A stretch of 64,000 bases of DNA from assembly GCA_013239625.1 (NCBI GenBank), contig MU054575.1:2973619-3037618 (forward strand), in the 5' to 3' direction. The stretch comes from Lama guanicoe. Taxonomy: Eukaryota. The notes under the pieces were generated by a model. The model was not told the origin of the DNA, did no database searches, and worked only from the letters and a program-made list of their open reading frames with translations. Each line of letters starts with the position of its first letter. The stretch's first letter is position 1. The translations under genes were made by a program, and so were the position numbers. Shown piece after piece: positions 1-13,564 of this stretch.

Positions 1-1873
1 CGGCGGCTCGGGCAAACCACGCCGGGCACAGCCGTGGAGCCCGCTAACCCAGCCCGGGCTCTCGCCAGCACACACTGCCCACCACTACTCCGCTGACTTC
101 TCAGCACCGCAGGCAAGGGGGCCGGTTCCAGGCCCCGTGACAGATGAGCAGCTGGGCTCAGAGGGGAGTGACTTGCTGAAGCCATGGGCAGTGGAGCCAG
201 CCTTCAGACATAGGGCCTTTGGCTTCCCACCACTCCACTGCATGGTGCTGCCTGCCTTCCTCTACTCTGAGCTCCTCCTGGCAGGATGGTCCACGGGAAA
301 AGCAGGTGCACGAAGGTACAGGGCCTGCTCTTTCCCTAATGAGGGGAGGTGCACTGACTTGGCCAACACCTCCACGCTGGGACTGGGTAGACCCAATAAG
401 ATACACAGACGGGCACAACTGGATCAGCAAGGATCCTTTCTAGCCACGACTGGCAGAAACCCCGGGCAGACTTTCTTCAGCTGGAAAGGGATTTCTTAGT
501 TCAGGACACTGAAAAGAATGGAATGGGGGTCGGGTGTGGCTGGATCCGGGTGCTCACTGTGGCTCTGTTCCTGTGTTGGCCGCCTCCTCTCCTCCAGACA
601 GGCTAGGCTCCCTCTAGGAGGCAGGGAGGGTGGCGGTTGGTCATCCCCAACAGAAGTAGAACCAACATCTCTTTCAGCAACTGTGTGTGGACCCTGGTGA
701 GCCCTGTTTGGCCTTGCGTGGCCATTAGGGTTTCTCTGACAGATCAAGCTGAGGACCCAGAAACTCCTTGTGGCGGGGGATTAGGGCTTATGACCACAAA
801 GACAGGGTGATTGGTGTCCTCAGCAGGAGAAAGAGCTGCCACCATGCCCCTGCACAACCACACACTTCAACCAGACACCTGGTCATCTTGTAATCACGTC
901 CGCGTTTCCCATAAGCCAAGGGCCCCCGAGGGCAGTGGGCACTGTGGGTGACGTCGACACTGCCCTGCACACGGTGTAGCTCTGTGCGGACTGTGTGTGG
1001 CTCTTAAATACACAGTGCGATGGGGTTCCCGCTCCTTCCTCTTTCTGAAAACCTCAGTCCCGAAACCACCTGGCAGGAGCAAGCACGGAAGACACCCATA
1101 CGCGGGGCAGGAGGGGGCCTGGACATGGGGATGGGCCGGTGTCCCCAGGAAGGGTGACACGGAGGGGTGCCAGGCCTGGGGTGGGGGCGGGCCCAGCACT
1201 GACAGAGGAGAGGCCAAGTGTGCGGGCCTGGCAGGGAGGATGGGCTCCATCAACGTGCTAGACAAATGGTGTTCAGGGGCCGATGGTACCAGAGCCCCGA
1301 GAGACTGAGGCCCGAAGCACAGACCCTGCACTCCAGTCACCGGGACAGCCCCGAGACGGGAATGACAATCAGGGGGAGGGGTCCGGGAGGGAGCCCAAGT
1401 CGGGAGGGCGAGAGCAGAGGGGCGAGCCCTCGGGCTGAGCAGGTGACGGGGAAGGCGTCGGGCCCACGGCGGAGGGCGGACCCCCAGGTGCCGGAGAGGC
1501 CCCCGCCCCGCTGCCAGGCCCTCCACTCAGCAGCGGCTCGAAGGCAAAGCGCCCTCCTCCCCACTATCTTTCCACCGAGCCTGGCCTTGTGTTTCCCTCG
1601 TCAGTTTACAACTCCCAACCTGCCAATCTGAAACTTCCATTCCAGTTGGTGTAAAAGTCAAGCAGATCAGCAACGCCTTCTCCCCATCACCTGTGACAGG
1701 ACCAGAACTTCCCCGGCTGCGGCCAGACACCCACCGTCCCCGGCCATGGAGCATTCAGAGCGAACACTGGCTCACCTGTGCTCTCAGCCACTTCAGAGAA
1801 GTGATACTTTGAGCAAAGAGGGGAAGAACGTTCACTTGAGACACAAACATACTGTGAGCCGCGTGCATATATA

Positions 1874-1879
1874 TTTATT
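1874..1879 (-). terminator. IGHMBP2 polyadenylation signal AATAAA (3'UTR about 0.85 kb)
   Basis: TTTATT on plus strand within an AT-rich patch; GT-rich downstream element (TATGTTTGTGTCT on minus) about 25-35 nt further on. Confidence 0.8.
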
Positions 1880-2709
1880 TAATTTTTAGATAATTTACAT
1901 CCCTTTGAAACAAGTAAAACTCTGAGACTAAAATAATACATCCGTCTGAGGTTCTCTCAACAAGGGACCCCGAAGGACACCTCCGAGAGGGCTCTGGACT
2001 GCCAAGTGTGACCCCCCAGCCCTCGGGGACGGCTCTCTCCGCAGACCACCACCGGGCATGGCGCCGAGGCCAGGCTCACACCCGCCAGGCCCGACCTCCA
2101 GGCTTCCTGGAGCTGGGAACGGCCAGAGCTGTGTCTGCTGCCCTGTGGGGCCAGGGTGGGATCACTGCAGCCACCAGGAAACGGAAGACAGAAGCGGCCT
2201 TGGCGAAGTCACAACGCCGATGAAGGGTGAGCTGGCCGCACGGGGACACGCGGGAGAAGGGCTGGGCGTCCTCAGGCGCAGGCTCCCAGGGCACGAACTG
2301 AGTGCTCAGGTGCCGCCCTCACCTGACGAGCTGAAAGCTGGCCGGCCCTGGACAGTGGGGTCATCACTTGTACAGAGCCTGAGGCTCAGGCGCCTCTCCA
2401 AGGGAACAGAGCCTCCCTGACCCTAGCAGCAGCAGCCCAGGATGCTGAAGGCAGGACCAGGACGCAAGGAAGGGGGACGGTCCAGGGCAGGAGTGAGGAG
2501 GGGGCGTGGCACTGCCAGGCTCACCCCAACACTGGCACTGAGAAAGGGCTAAAGGCCCCAGCTGCGTGTCCCCGGGCCTCTCCGCCACCTTCGTCACATC
2601 AGAGAGGCTCATGACCGCGTCCGCCCAGGGGAGATGGTGCAGGTCTGGTGGCAACACTGTCGCCAGCAGCAGCTACGAGGAACAGAGCGCAGTGTGTGAC
2701 ACCCAGGCC

Positions 2710-2907
2710 TCACTTTCCCTTCTCCTTCCTCTTGCTCTTCCTCTGGCCGGTCAGCTCGTCCAGCTTCCTGTCCAGCCTCCTCTGGAGCTGGGCCCTCTTG
2801 GCAGGGTCCAGGGACCTGTCCTTGGTCCCACTACCAGCGTAAAGGACTCCTTCCTGGCTGATCCTCTGCCGGGCATGGGTGCGAGCCCTCTCCCCACAGC
2901 CGTGGAT
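2710..2907 (-). CDS. IGHMBP2: IGHMBP2 exon 15 (coding part, 198 nt incl. TGA): IHGCGERAR...[10 protein letters not shown]
   Basis: Acceptor cccccag|A; stop TGA at 2712-2710. Confidence 0.97.
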   Translation of the reverse strand: MHGCGERARTHARQRISQEGVLYAGSGTKDRSLDPAKRAQLQRRLDRKLDELTGQRKSKRKEKGK

Positions 2908-5107
2908 CTGGGGGGACAGGACAGTCAGCGCCAGGCCAGGTAGGGACGAGGCCCCCAGGGCTGCCATCACAGGGCTGGGGACCATGAGCCCCAGCACAGA
3001 CCTCGGAGGGGCTCCCTACTCTTCCTGCACATGGACCCTCACCTGCAGGCTGGCGGGGGGAGTAGGGAGGGGACCCCACACCCTGGCAGGGCTGGCGGCT
3101 GGAGCCCAAAACCCATCCTGCAGCCCTTTCCTTGCCTCAGCCCAGACAGTCCTCCGAGCCGAGGCCAGTGCGGGGCGGGTCCCCACACCTCCCCGGCAGG
3201 GCGATGTCATGCCACTTAGGTGGCATTTAAGGTGTCAGCACACTCGGCGGAAACGGCACTGTGCGGGTCAAGTGCCTTTCCACCCGATTAGCTCACGGGC
3301 ACGTCTCCCAAGGAGGAGCATCGTCAGCTGTGGATTCACACAACCCAAGTGCCAAGTGCTCCACAGCTCACACCAGCTGACGGATCCCCGCTAGGGCGGG
3401 TGTCACATGCTGCGCTTCAGTGAAGCTCCAGCCCGACTCCTTCCAGGAGGAGGGAGGAGGGAAGAAGAGCTCACTTGGCTTCTCCAGGTGCCGGCACCAC
3501 GTCCAGTGCTCAGCACACGTGTTCTGTGATTCCTTCTAGAAAGCAGAGGAGCAGCCTGAACCCACTAAAGCCTGTGCTTCCTCCACTGCCCAAAGGAAGG
3601 GTGTTTGCCTTGGAAACCGCGAGGTAGGTCCCAAGTTCAGGCCCAGCAAGATCCCAGGACAGGCAGCTGGTCGGCTCCTCTGGCCCCGTGCAGCTTCCCC
3701 GAGCCCCCTGGGCCCGCGCCCCCGCCTGGCACCCGTCCTTCCTCTGCCCCTTCTGGGCACCCTCGCCCGCAGCCCTCAGAGACAGACGTGCAGCGGTACC
3801 CCGTCCACGTGGCCCAGGACCCCAAACCCACCGCCTCACGGCAGCACCAAGGAACACAAGCCATGCATGTGACGGGAGCCGGCACCCAAAGCCCTCGCTT
3901 GACCATTTCTAAACGTTCCACATAAAAGTCTAACATTCCGTGCACCTTATGAGCAGGCATGACCATGGAGAGGCCATGCCACTGTTGAGGAGGGCCAGCC
4001 TCTCACCCCGGGCTTTCTGGGTTCAGAGATGAGCAGAGCCACCCAGTGGGTGGCAGCCACGCCCCCCGACCTGCAGAGGGACTCGCTGGGACAGACCTAA
4101 CCCCTCCACGACGGCGTCGCCTGCCCCTCCTCCCCCTTCCGAGAGCCCCACTGCCACCCTCCCACCGCCCAAACCAGAAACCCAAGGGCCACTTTGGGTC
4201 TCTGACCTCTTCTCATCCTTGACATACCACCAATTTAAGGGGCTCCAAATTCATCCCCATCCCCAGGGAGACCCTTGAGGTCTCTGGCCCACATCCCTGC
4301 AGTCACTTCCCGCTGCCTCCTGGCCTCACCTGCAGGGCCACTCAGTCTCCGGCTCACAGCTCTGCTGAACCCCCCACGCTCCCCACTGTCCTCAGGACCA
4401 GGCTTGACCCCTAGAGGCAGCTTGTTAGGCCCTCCTGGGCCTGGATTCTCACCCTCACACATGACCCCCAGTGGCCCAAATGCCCTGCAGCCTCTCCCCA
4501 GGATTTCCGCACATGCCACCCAGCCCAGTTCCCTGCCTGTCACCTGTCAGGTCTCAGCCCATGTTACTTCCTCCAAGAAGTCCACTCTGATGGGCAGCTT
4601 GGCAGCCCCGCTCCGTGCTGCCACCTCTGGGTCCCTCTTTGGAGCACACGATACCATGTGCTAGCCTCTTATCGGCTCCCTGCCAGGCCCTGCACCTCCC
4701 AGGGCAGAGATGAAGTCTGCTCTGGTCCCCAGCTCCCCATGTCTGGCAGAGGCCCTTCCCACTCATATGCACTCAAGGAATAAACGAAAATGCAGCCAGG
4801 CTGCCAGCCCACTTCAGACCGTGGGCCAGAGGCCCCCTCCCACCTCTGCTAAGTTAACTCACTGATCGGTCCCCAGGACACTGGAATAAAATCTCCAGTG
4901 CCTGAGCTCCCGCCAACTCAGCTGTAACTCAGCGCATCTGGTGTTTTACTTGCTTGTGCCCTGATGTGCTCTAAACAAATCATGAGTCAGTGTTGGCTTT
5001 GAGACACTGAGAGTTTACAGCCCGCTTCTGTCTCCGTTTGGAGCCCGTCTACGGGGAACAAAGCCCGCCACCCCTGCCTCACCCTGAGCCCGCAGTGGGC
5101 TGCGTAC

Positions 5108-5280
5108 CTCGGGCAGGTGGTGGCTGAGGCAGTACCGGCGGCCGCAGTGCTGGCAGAGCTGGCCCAAGGTCGCGACACTGGCTGTGCACTTGGCAAGGCC
5201 ACAGGTGTTATCAGCCTTGATGGCGGCCGAGACCAGGGCGTCGAAGTCCTCCTCGGCGGGCAGATCCATGGCTGCGAGTC
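5108..5280 (-). CDS. IGHMBP2: IGHMBP2 exon 14 (173 nt): AN1-type zinc finger CGLAKC...[16 protein letters not shown]
   Basis: Acceptor cctgcag|G; donor GAG|GTACGC. Confidence 0.97.
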
Positions 5281-7434
5281 CTGCAGGGAAGGGGCGTCAC
5301 TCAGATGGGGAAGGACAGAGCAGCAGAGGAGAACAGTCCTGCTGGGCCCGCAGTGGCTTCCTGCCCTCGGGGTCACAGCGAGCGAGCAGCTGGACACTCA
5401 CTCCAGCGGGGTGTCCGCCCTTCACTGAGCCAAGGACCAGGTGCCCGGCGGTGTGGGCTCGGGCACGGGCTCCTGGAAGGGGCTGGCAGGGCACACAGCG
5501 TGCCTCTGAAAAGTGCATCCTCTTATATCCAGAAAAGCACTTAAATAAGGAGATATTCCTTTGTCATTAACTATCAAGACACGAACCCTAAACAAATGAG
5601 GGCGCCACACCGGGGAAATGGTGAATTGTGGCCTGTTCACAGGCCCCGGGGTTAGGACACCGTAACGTCTATAACCAGATGCACAGAAATCTCCTAAAGT
5701 TGCAGGAAAACGCTCAAGAGTGGAAAAGAGACGCGATTATGTATAGTCATAGTTCTACAACGTACACACACGTGTGACAGACACAGACTCGGAGACGAGA
5801 TGACACACAGGAAACCATGGGGAGGAGTCTCCCGGCAGCTGACGCGGATCGTCTGGGGAGGAAGAGGCAGGACGAGCTGGCGCAGCACGTTCCCAGCTGT
5901 TCTCCATGAAGGGCCCTGAGGCGGCCAGAACATAGGTCCCAGCGGCTGACCTCGGGGGGTGGGGGGCACACGAGGAGAACTGTGATGCCTCCCAGAGCCC
6001 CATTCACCTGCAAGTGCCTCGTCCACGGTGGCCGTTTCAGTCCTTCGAGGCAGACACTACTTAGCCACGGTCACCTGTCCGTGGGGACACGCCCCCTACC
6101 CCGTGCCACCAGATGGGCTATGAAGCTGATGCTTGGCCACGCCCCTCAGAGCAGTTCCAGGAGGCGGGAGATGGCCCGGGAGGCACCCATGGAAGAGAGT
6201 GATCAGGCCACAATCCAAAACAGTCTTGTAAACGTGGTGCTGGCCGCCTGTCCTAGAGGACTCACACCCGCCCAACCCTCCCACGGGACAGGCAGGGCCG
6301 CCCGGAGCCCCCGGGCAGGGCCCGTGCAGACGCCCGCGGGGCAGCCAGGGGCTGCATTCGGCCGCCCCTTTGCTGGTGGGCCTCCAGCCGTGGCCCTGGG
6401 GTCTGCTTAGGCTGCGCCCTACTTCTCAGCTGCTGGGACATCGGCACAGAGCTTGGAGACCCCGGACTGCACAGGTCACATACGAGCCTGAGGGGCAGAT
6501 GGCTTCTGAAGGTGGCTGCTCAAAGAAACGCTTCAAACACCGAGTAGAGCCAGCATCCCTGAGATGGGACAAAATCTCCCCTGGGCGCTCTGTCCTCAAA
6601 CAACCACGCCTCACACCGTCCTCCGGAAGGCAGGCAGGTCCTCCGCTCACACGCCCGGCTCCCGCCCCCAGGGCGCTCACAGGCCCTCAGCCTGGTTTAA
6701 AGAGGAGAGGAGCGTCTCTTTCCCAGCCAGAGCCCCGCTCCTGGAGGGCGAGGTGGTGTCAGACTTGCTCACCAGAACAAAGCCTGGCACGCAGGAGCGC
6801 AGGAGCGCTCACTAAATGTCGTAGAGGGAATTCAGACAGGGCCTCGGGCCCTGGGAGGCCGGCTCTGAAACAAGAAGCCTACTTGTGCAGCTCTGCTCAG
6901 AGGAACTCAGTGACACGGAGAACAAGACCAGCTCCACGGTCTTGCCGAGAGGGAAATGGCTCTGACGAGAGCTCACAGAAGTTTCCAGAAAATCCAGGCT
7001 GTGACCACCAGGTCTTAGAGCTCCGTGCCCACAGATGCTCAATCAAAGTGCAGGCTGAGGGCAGAACAAACGGCCCACGGGCGACCCCGCAGAGAGCCAG
7101 CATGGCACAGGATGTGACAGCGGGGCACGCAGCCTGCCTGGGACAGTGTGAGAGCCCGTGGAAGGAGGGTTGGGGTCCGTGACCGCCCTCCCATCCGGAG
7201 GGCTCCCGTGCCCGCCCCGCCTGCTCCTCTAGGCCCTGGCCCTGCAGCAGAGGCCCTCCAAGTTCTTCCAACCTGCCAGTTCCTGCACGAGGCCACTGCC
7301 CTCAGGGAGCTCAGACCACACACAAAACGCAGCATCAGGGCAACGGCACCACCAGGCGGATCGCAAGTGGGGTGGAGCAAACTGCCTGGTTAAGGGGACC
7401 CCACAACTGTGTTCTCACCAGTTGACCGACTCAC

Positions 7435-8277
7435 CTTTTGCTCCTTTCTTCTTCTTTTCTGGTAACTTCCGCAGCCCTGAGCCCGGGGCCTGCGGCACCT
7501 CCCTGGTCTGCTGCTCCTGCCGGCCCCTCGCCCTCTGCAGCCTTTCCAGGTGTAGGGCCCTCAGGTCCAGCTGGTCCCGGCTGCCCGGGCCCCTGATGGG
7601 GGCCTCCGTCTGCTCCGGGCTGGGGGGCTCCGGACAGAGTGGGGCCTTGCTATCGGTGCCGGCTGGAGGCGGAGGAGCTGCGGGGGTTGGCAGGACTCTC
7701 TTGCTCACAGTTATGAACCTCTCCTTCCCTTCACCAGAGCTGTCGTGCCTCAGCCCCAATTCCTCTGCTATCTGATGGACCCTCATCCTGTCGTGCGAAT
7801 TCAGGGAGGCAGGAAACTCCAATTGCGTTTCCTCACTCGCCACAAACTCCGCTATCACAGCCCTGAAGTGGTCTGCGCCATCTCTTCGGGCTCCCTCGGG
7901 GCCACCTCCATTGACGCTGGGCTGAGCACGGGCCTCGGAGTCCAAGGGCACCCCGCCCTGCTTCTTCCGCCCTGGCCGGGCCCCCACGGGCTGCTGGCTC
8001 CCAGGGGCCTTCCTGGCAGGCGCAGCTGAGCCCTGGGGCTTCTCCCCAGCTGAGCCGTGGACCTGGGGACTCTCGTGGGAGTAGTTTTCAGGGACAATGT
8101 CGTCCAGGTACTCAAAGGCCGTGCGCACTTCCCCGTGCTCTGTGAAGTAATCCACCAGGGTCTTCAGGAAGGCGTGGTTACTGACAGTGTGGGAATCGCA
8201 GACGACCGCCACATGGCGTCGTGCACGGGTGACGGCGACATTGATGCGTCGGTCCTCAGCAAGGAAACCAACTTCAC
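7435..8277 (-). CDS. IGHMBP2: IGHMBP2 exon 13 (843 nt): motif VI, linker, R3H domain ([15 protein letters not shown]), basic KKKK tract
   Basis: Acceptor tttgtag|G; donor AAG|GTGAGT; overlaps ORF 7415..8212. Confidence 0.97.
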
Positions 8278-9132
8278 CTACAAAAGAGCCGGGGTGAGTG
8301 GAGGGTAGCAGAGACTAAGGAACAGGAATCGGGCTCTTCCCCCGAGTCAGCAACCATCACCCGAGAAGGCCCATCTTGCCGCTCCGTCAGCCTCCCCGGC
8401 ACCACACCCCCACCCGAGCCACGGGGCCACGTCCACTCACGCGCCACCACCTCCAGCACGGTGCCACAGTACCTGAGGGGGCTCCTCTCCAGTTAGTACA
8501 AATGCCTCTCCCTACGCCCTGGCCTGGGAGACAGCCCCAGGGACGGGCTGTGGCTGAGACACGAGGGCAGTGCAAGGGGCGTTCCAGTACCTTCCTTCTC
8601 ATCTGCTTCCAACCTCATACTGCACACGAGTGACAAAGCCCCTGAACCAACAACTGTTCCTGGGGACAATCTTCTCACCAAATGGAGCAGGCACCAGCCC
8701 TGACAGCATGAAGCCATGCCCTGAGGCTAAGTGCACCCTGAGGCCAAAGGACGAGCTCTGGGTTTAGGGCCGCACCTCCGCAGCGGGGAGCCCAGGCCCC
8801 CCCAGCACGCCGAGCTCCCAGCCCACCGCCCTCTCTGGTCTCTAGGCCCCCACGCTGTCCCGCCTGCTGGAACACCTCTCCCCACCCGCCAACGTGGCTC
8901 ATCCTGCCGCGCTGGGCTCAGGTCACCTCCTAGGACCACTTCTGCCACACTGGGCGCTGGTCCCGAGCGGGTAACCACAGGGGCCCTCGGCACACCGCTC
9001 TCACTGCCGGCTGTCCCGTCGCTCTCCCGCCTGACGCTGAGCTCGGAGGACAGAGACCGCGCTCCACCGCCACACGTGCAGCAGCAGAAATCCTTCCTTT
9101 TGTGCTCCTCTGGAGGACCCTGACAAGCGCTA

Positions 9133-9654
<522 letters not shown>

Positions 9655-10217
9655 CTAAGAGGAAAATGTGAGAAAACCCAAGAAAAGGGTGATGCCTGTT
9701 GCTTCTGCTGGCCCACCACCTGCACCCTTCTCCAGGCGACAGCGGCACCCAACTCTCCTTAAGTGCTATGCTCAGCCCTACGGTGTTCCACAAGCTGGGA
9801 GGGGCAAGACCCGGCTTTCAGCCACATGACGTGCTCCAGGGTGGGACAACCTGAGCCAGACCAGGAAAATTCAAAGCTGAGACTCCTGTGGGAAACCACG
9901 TAAAAAGATAGGCTGCCCCCCAGGACTGCCTGTCAGGACAACGTCAGTCTGAGGCTGCCCAGCCACCCGGGAGAGCAGGCTGACAACGAAGCCAACGTGG
10001 GGAGCCGGGAGAGGGCTCAAGACGGGGCAGGACAGGTCAGACAGAGGCTCCTGCTGATGTCATCTGAGCCCTGGATCCAGTCCTGATGTGTCAATCCCAG
10101 CCTGGAGTTTTTGGTCACAAGAGCCCAGAAATCACTCTTTTTCTTTAAGCCCCCCAGGGCGGCTAAGTGGCACAGACACGTGCAGAGACGGTAGTGGGGA
10201 GGGGTGTGCTCTCGCAC

Positions 10218-10312
10218 CTGCAGGTTGTATGGAGTGATGACAGCAATGTCGCCCGCTCGGACGCCAGCGTCCACCAGGGCCTGGACGTGCAGGCTGACGA
10301 GGCGCGCTTCGC
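10218..10312 (-). CDS. IGHMBP2: IGHMBP2 exon 11 (95 nt): [31 protein letters not shown]
   Basis: Acceptor tccccag|G; donor CAG|GTGCGA. Confidence 0.97.
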
Positions 10313-10885
10313 CTGGGGAGTGAACAGTCTTCAGTACGAGGGCCGTGTGAGCTGACACCCATCACCCTATCATCAACGCTGAACCTCCTAGGCGCTGTGC
10401 TGTCTGTTCCAATGACCTTGCCCTGTGCCTGAGGCAGCTTCCCAGGAGCTAGTACCCTGAGGCAGGGGCTGCTAGATGGAGTACAGGATGCAGGAGGCCC
10501 AGCTGAAGTGTGCCTCCTTTCTGACGGAAGCTGGACCAAGCATCCTGTTTCCCTGGCAGGCCTGTGAGCGAGGGTCTCATCCCAAGGCCGAGCCAGGCAG
10601 TGCTAGGCCGCTTGGTCCACAGCGAGAATACACGATGCTGCCCGGGCTGACCTGCTCTCTTGAACCTGTCCTGCCTGTCCATTTAGGAGAAGACTGATCA
10701 TGCCCAACCTCTGCGGGCGTCTGGCTCAGGACCCCTGCCCGCTCCCCCGCCCCATGCCCCCACCTCCTCTCCCCCTCCCTTCACTCAGCTCCTCCCCGAA
10801 GTGGGCAACTAGAGGGGCTTCTGTTTTTAAAGAGGAACTCAGGTCTATTTAAACAAAACAGCTAACCCTTTCCAAACAAGCTCAC

Positions 10886-11004
10886 CAGGGTTCCCTTTAG
10901 ACTGATCATCCTCCTCTTCCAGTTCAAACAGCCCGCAGCCGGCCGTGTCCACCAGCAGCAGAGGAAGGCCCGTCTCCTCCGTGGCAGCCACTCCCGGGAG
11001 ATCT
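10886..11004 (-). CDS. IGHMBP2: IGHMBP2 exon 10 (119 nt): [24 protein letters not shown]...SKGNP
   Basis: Acceptor tgtgcag|A; donor CTG|GTGAGC. Confidence 0.97.
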
Positions 11005-11202
11005 CTGCACACGGCCGGAGACAGAACATGTGAGGCCACGGCGATAATGCAGCTCTGGGGTCCAAGAAACAGAGCCCGCACTTCCCTTCCTCCCCGCGGC
11101 ACAGGCCCTCCCACAGGAGAGCGGGGTGCACAACCAGCACGAGGAGCCACAGGTGGAGCAGCCCGGCCCAGCACCCAGCATGACAGACACTGCGTCACTC
11201 AC

Positions 11203-11385
11203 CGCAGGAGGTGCCCGGCCACAGAAGGGTGGGCTGTGAGCTGCCCGCGGTACAGGGCCTGCGAGGCCCACTGCATGATGGCTCCGTGCATGCGGTACTG
11301 CACCGTCAGTGTCCGCACCGTGCTCCCGCCGTGCTCCTCCGCCAGGCGCTCCATCAGGCTGAGGGACAGCCCCGCCAGCGCAGCC
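11203..11385 (-). CDS. IGHMBP2: IGHMBP2 exon 9 (183 nt): [14 protein letters not shown]...LTVQYRMH...GHLL
   Basis: Acceptor ggcacag|G; donor GCG|GTGAGT; QYRMH motif. Confidence 0.97.
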
Positions 11386-12263
11386 CTGTGCCCGGGGAGG
11401 AGAGAACAGGGCAGGAAGGCCTGAGCCCCCGAGTCCAGCTTGAAACTGGGGACGATGGAGGAAAGCAGCCCCCAAACCTCAGACGCAACTTGTCCCCACT
11501 TCTGATCTGGTCCTAATCCTGGGACCTGAGAACGTGTGACTTTATGTGGCCCCCACCGAGGGAACTTCAATTCAACAAGTAGGGGCTGAGTGTGCACCAG
11601 GTTCTGAGGCCACAAGCACCACACCACCCAACCCTGGCCTCCAGGAGCCCACAGGCTGGCAGAGCTTATGCCTGGACAAGGAAGGGTAGTGAGCCGGGCA
11701 GGGGATGCAAGCAGGAGAGGCACCGAGGTCGGCACAGCCAGCGTGACCAGAAACACCGCCCTGCCCCACTGGGCTGCTGCCCCAGCACCGCACAGCCCGA
11801 GCACCTGCTCACACCGCAGGCCGGACGTTCGCAGAAGGACTTGAACTCAGGATTCCTTCTAAAACCGCCACTTAGAGTGCAGCCCCGGGCACGTTTGTGA
11901 CCTCCGCCCCCACCACCTACAAGCCATCGGTCAGCTGCCTGCTGCCCACGCCCTGCTCGCTGGTGACCTGGGACAGATGGCTGCCCCTCCCTACTCGGAG
12001 AGCCCCATTTCTGGAATAGGTTCTTCTGTGTGGGTGGACTGAACTGTGCCTTCAGCCAAAACATCCCCAGGGTTTTCCCTTCCCCAGAGCGGGAGCTCAG
12101 ACACCCAGGCAGCTGCCTGCCCAGCACATACCCCTAACTAAATACACCAGCTCTGGCTTCCCAACACAAGCTAGAGCTCCAGTAAGCCCAGGGCTTCCTG
12201 CTGGACTTGGGAGGACAGGAAGGGGGGGGGCAGAGAAAGGCACTCCAGGCAGAGGGGTCTTAC

Positions 12264-12438
12264 TTGTGAGAGGCTGTGGTGGGGGGCAGCTGCTTGTGGT
12301 CTCCGGCCAGGATGCACTTTCTGGCCTGCAGCAGGGGGATCCAGCAGCTGGCTTCCAGGGCCTGGGCACACTCATCGACGACCACGATGTCGAAGTGGCC
12401 GTCAGGCAGCAACTTCAGAGGGCCGTCCAAAGAGGCAC
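12264..12438 (-). CDS. IGHMBP2: IGHMBP2 exon 8 (175 nt): Walker B VVVDECAQ and motif [13 protein letters not shown]
   Basis: Acceptor ccatcag|G; donor CAA|GTAAGA. Confidence 0.97.
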
Positions 12439-13564
12439 CTGATGGAAAGCAGAACTGTAAGCCTCTACAGAGGGCGATGGCTGTGTCGTAACAGCTGTCG
12501 TCATGCTGACAGAGACACGCAACAAGCTGCAGTTTCATGATCTAGCCTCGCGCTAAGGCCGCGGGGAGTATGTCTGCATCTCGGGACAAAACTTGGGAAG
12601 GACATTCAGAAGCTCGTGGTGCCAGCCCACCTGTGTTTAAGGGTAAAGTGGCGTGTCCCTAGCCACGGGCCACTCCAGCGTTCAGTCACCAAAATCAATC
12701 ACCCCTCTGGGTGACTGGAAGGCTGTCTTAATTCTAAACATTGTCTCTGTATCATTTTCTAAATTTAGAATTTAATTCTCTTCTCAGGTATTTTCTTGGA
12801 CACACAGAACGTTAACCGCTGAGCATTCACCCAGGGAAAAACCCCCACGTGTCTGACAACACGAGACCACCACCCCGACTGCTCTGACGTGGAACACAGA
12901 GCGGGACAGGGGAACGAGGTCAGGTGTGAGCGAGACCCGGCCCCACCCCACACCAACTCTCGCAAACAGTGGTGGGGACTTGAGCAAGCCAGCCAGCCCT
13001 GGGGCCTCATCTGCCAAAGTGGGCAACGCCTGTATCTCGCAGGGCTGTTAGGATGGCACATGCTAACACAGCACACAGGTGCCCTGTAACACACACACGA
13101 TGTTTAAGTACATATACAAAAATGCAGCTTGTGTATTACATATCACGTGTGAAGTGCCTGCCACAAGAAGGTGGGCTTTAGTAAATGCTAAAAACATTAG
13201 CTCTTGCCCTTTTCCCTAGGTTACTGACACTGAGATACACACACACACACATGTAAATATAAATGCATATATATTGCTTTATGACTAAAATCTATATGCT
13301 GATAAATGTCCTGAGGTTGGCTTTTCAGAGACGGTCAGGGAGAGTGCCTGTAGAGGAAGCAGAATGTGGACCGGGCTCTGGATAACAAAGAGATGTGTTT
13401 AGATTATGGATGTGACTTCAGGTGCAAAGGGAAGCATTTCTAGGAAACTCATTCTGGTTTCCCGGTCCAACCAGGAGGGACCTAAAAGGCCACATGCTAA
13501 CCTTTTCAGCAAGGGAGGGGGGCTGTGATTTCCAGCCAGGGCTGCATTTAACGTCAGTCAGAGA

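Noticed and set aside
6370-7182. 270-aa ORF antisense within IGHMBP2 intron 13 (similarly 894-1526, 39412-40104, 43230-43802)
   Set aside because: No domain similarity, mostly non-ATG starts, no splice or poly(A) support; consistent with chance ORFs.
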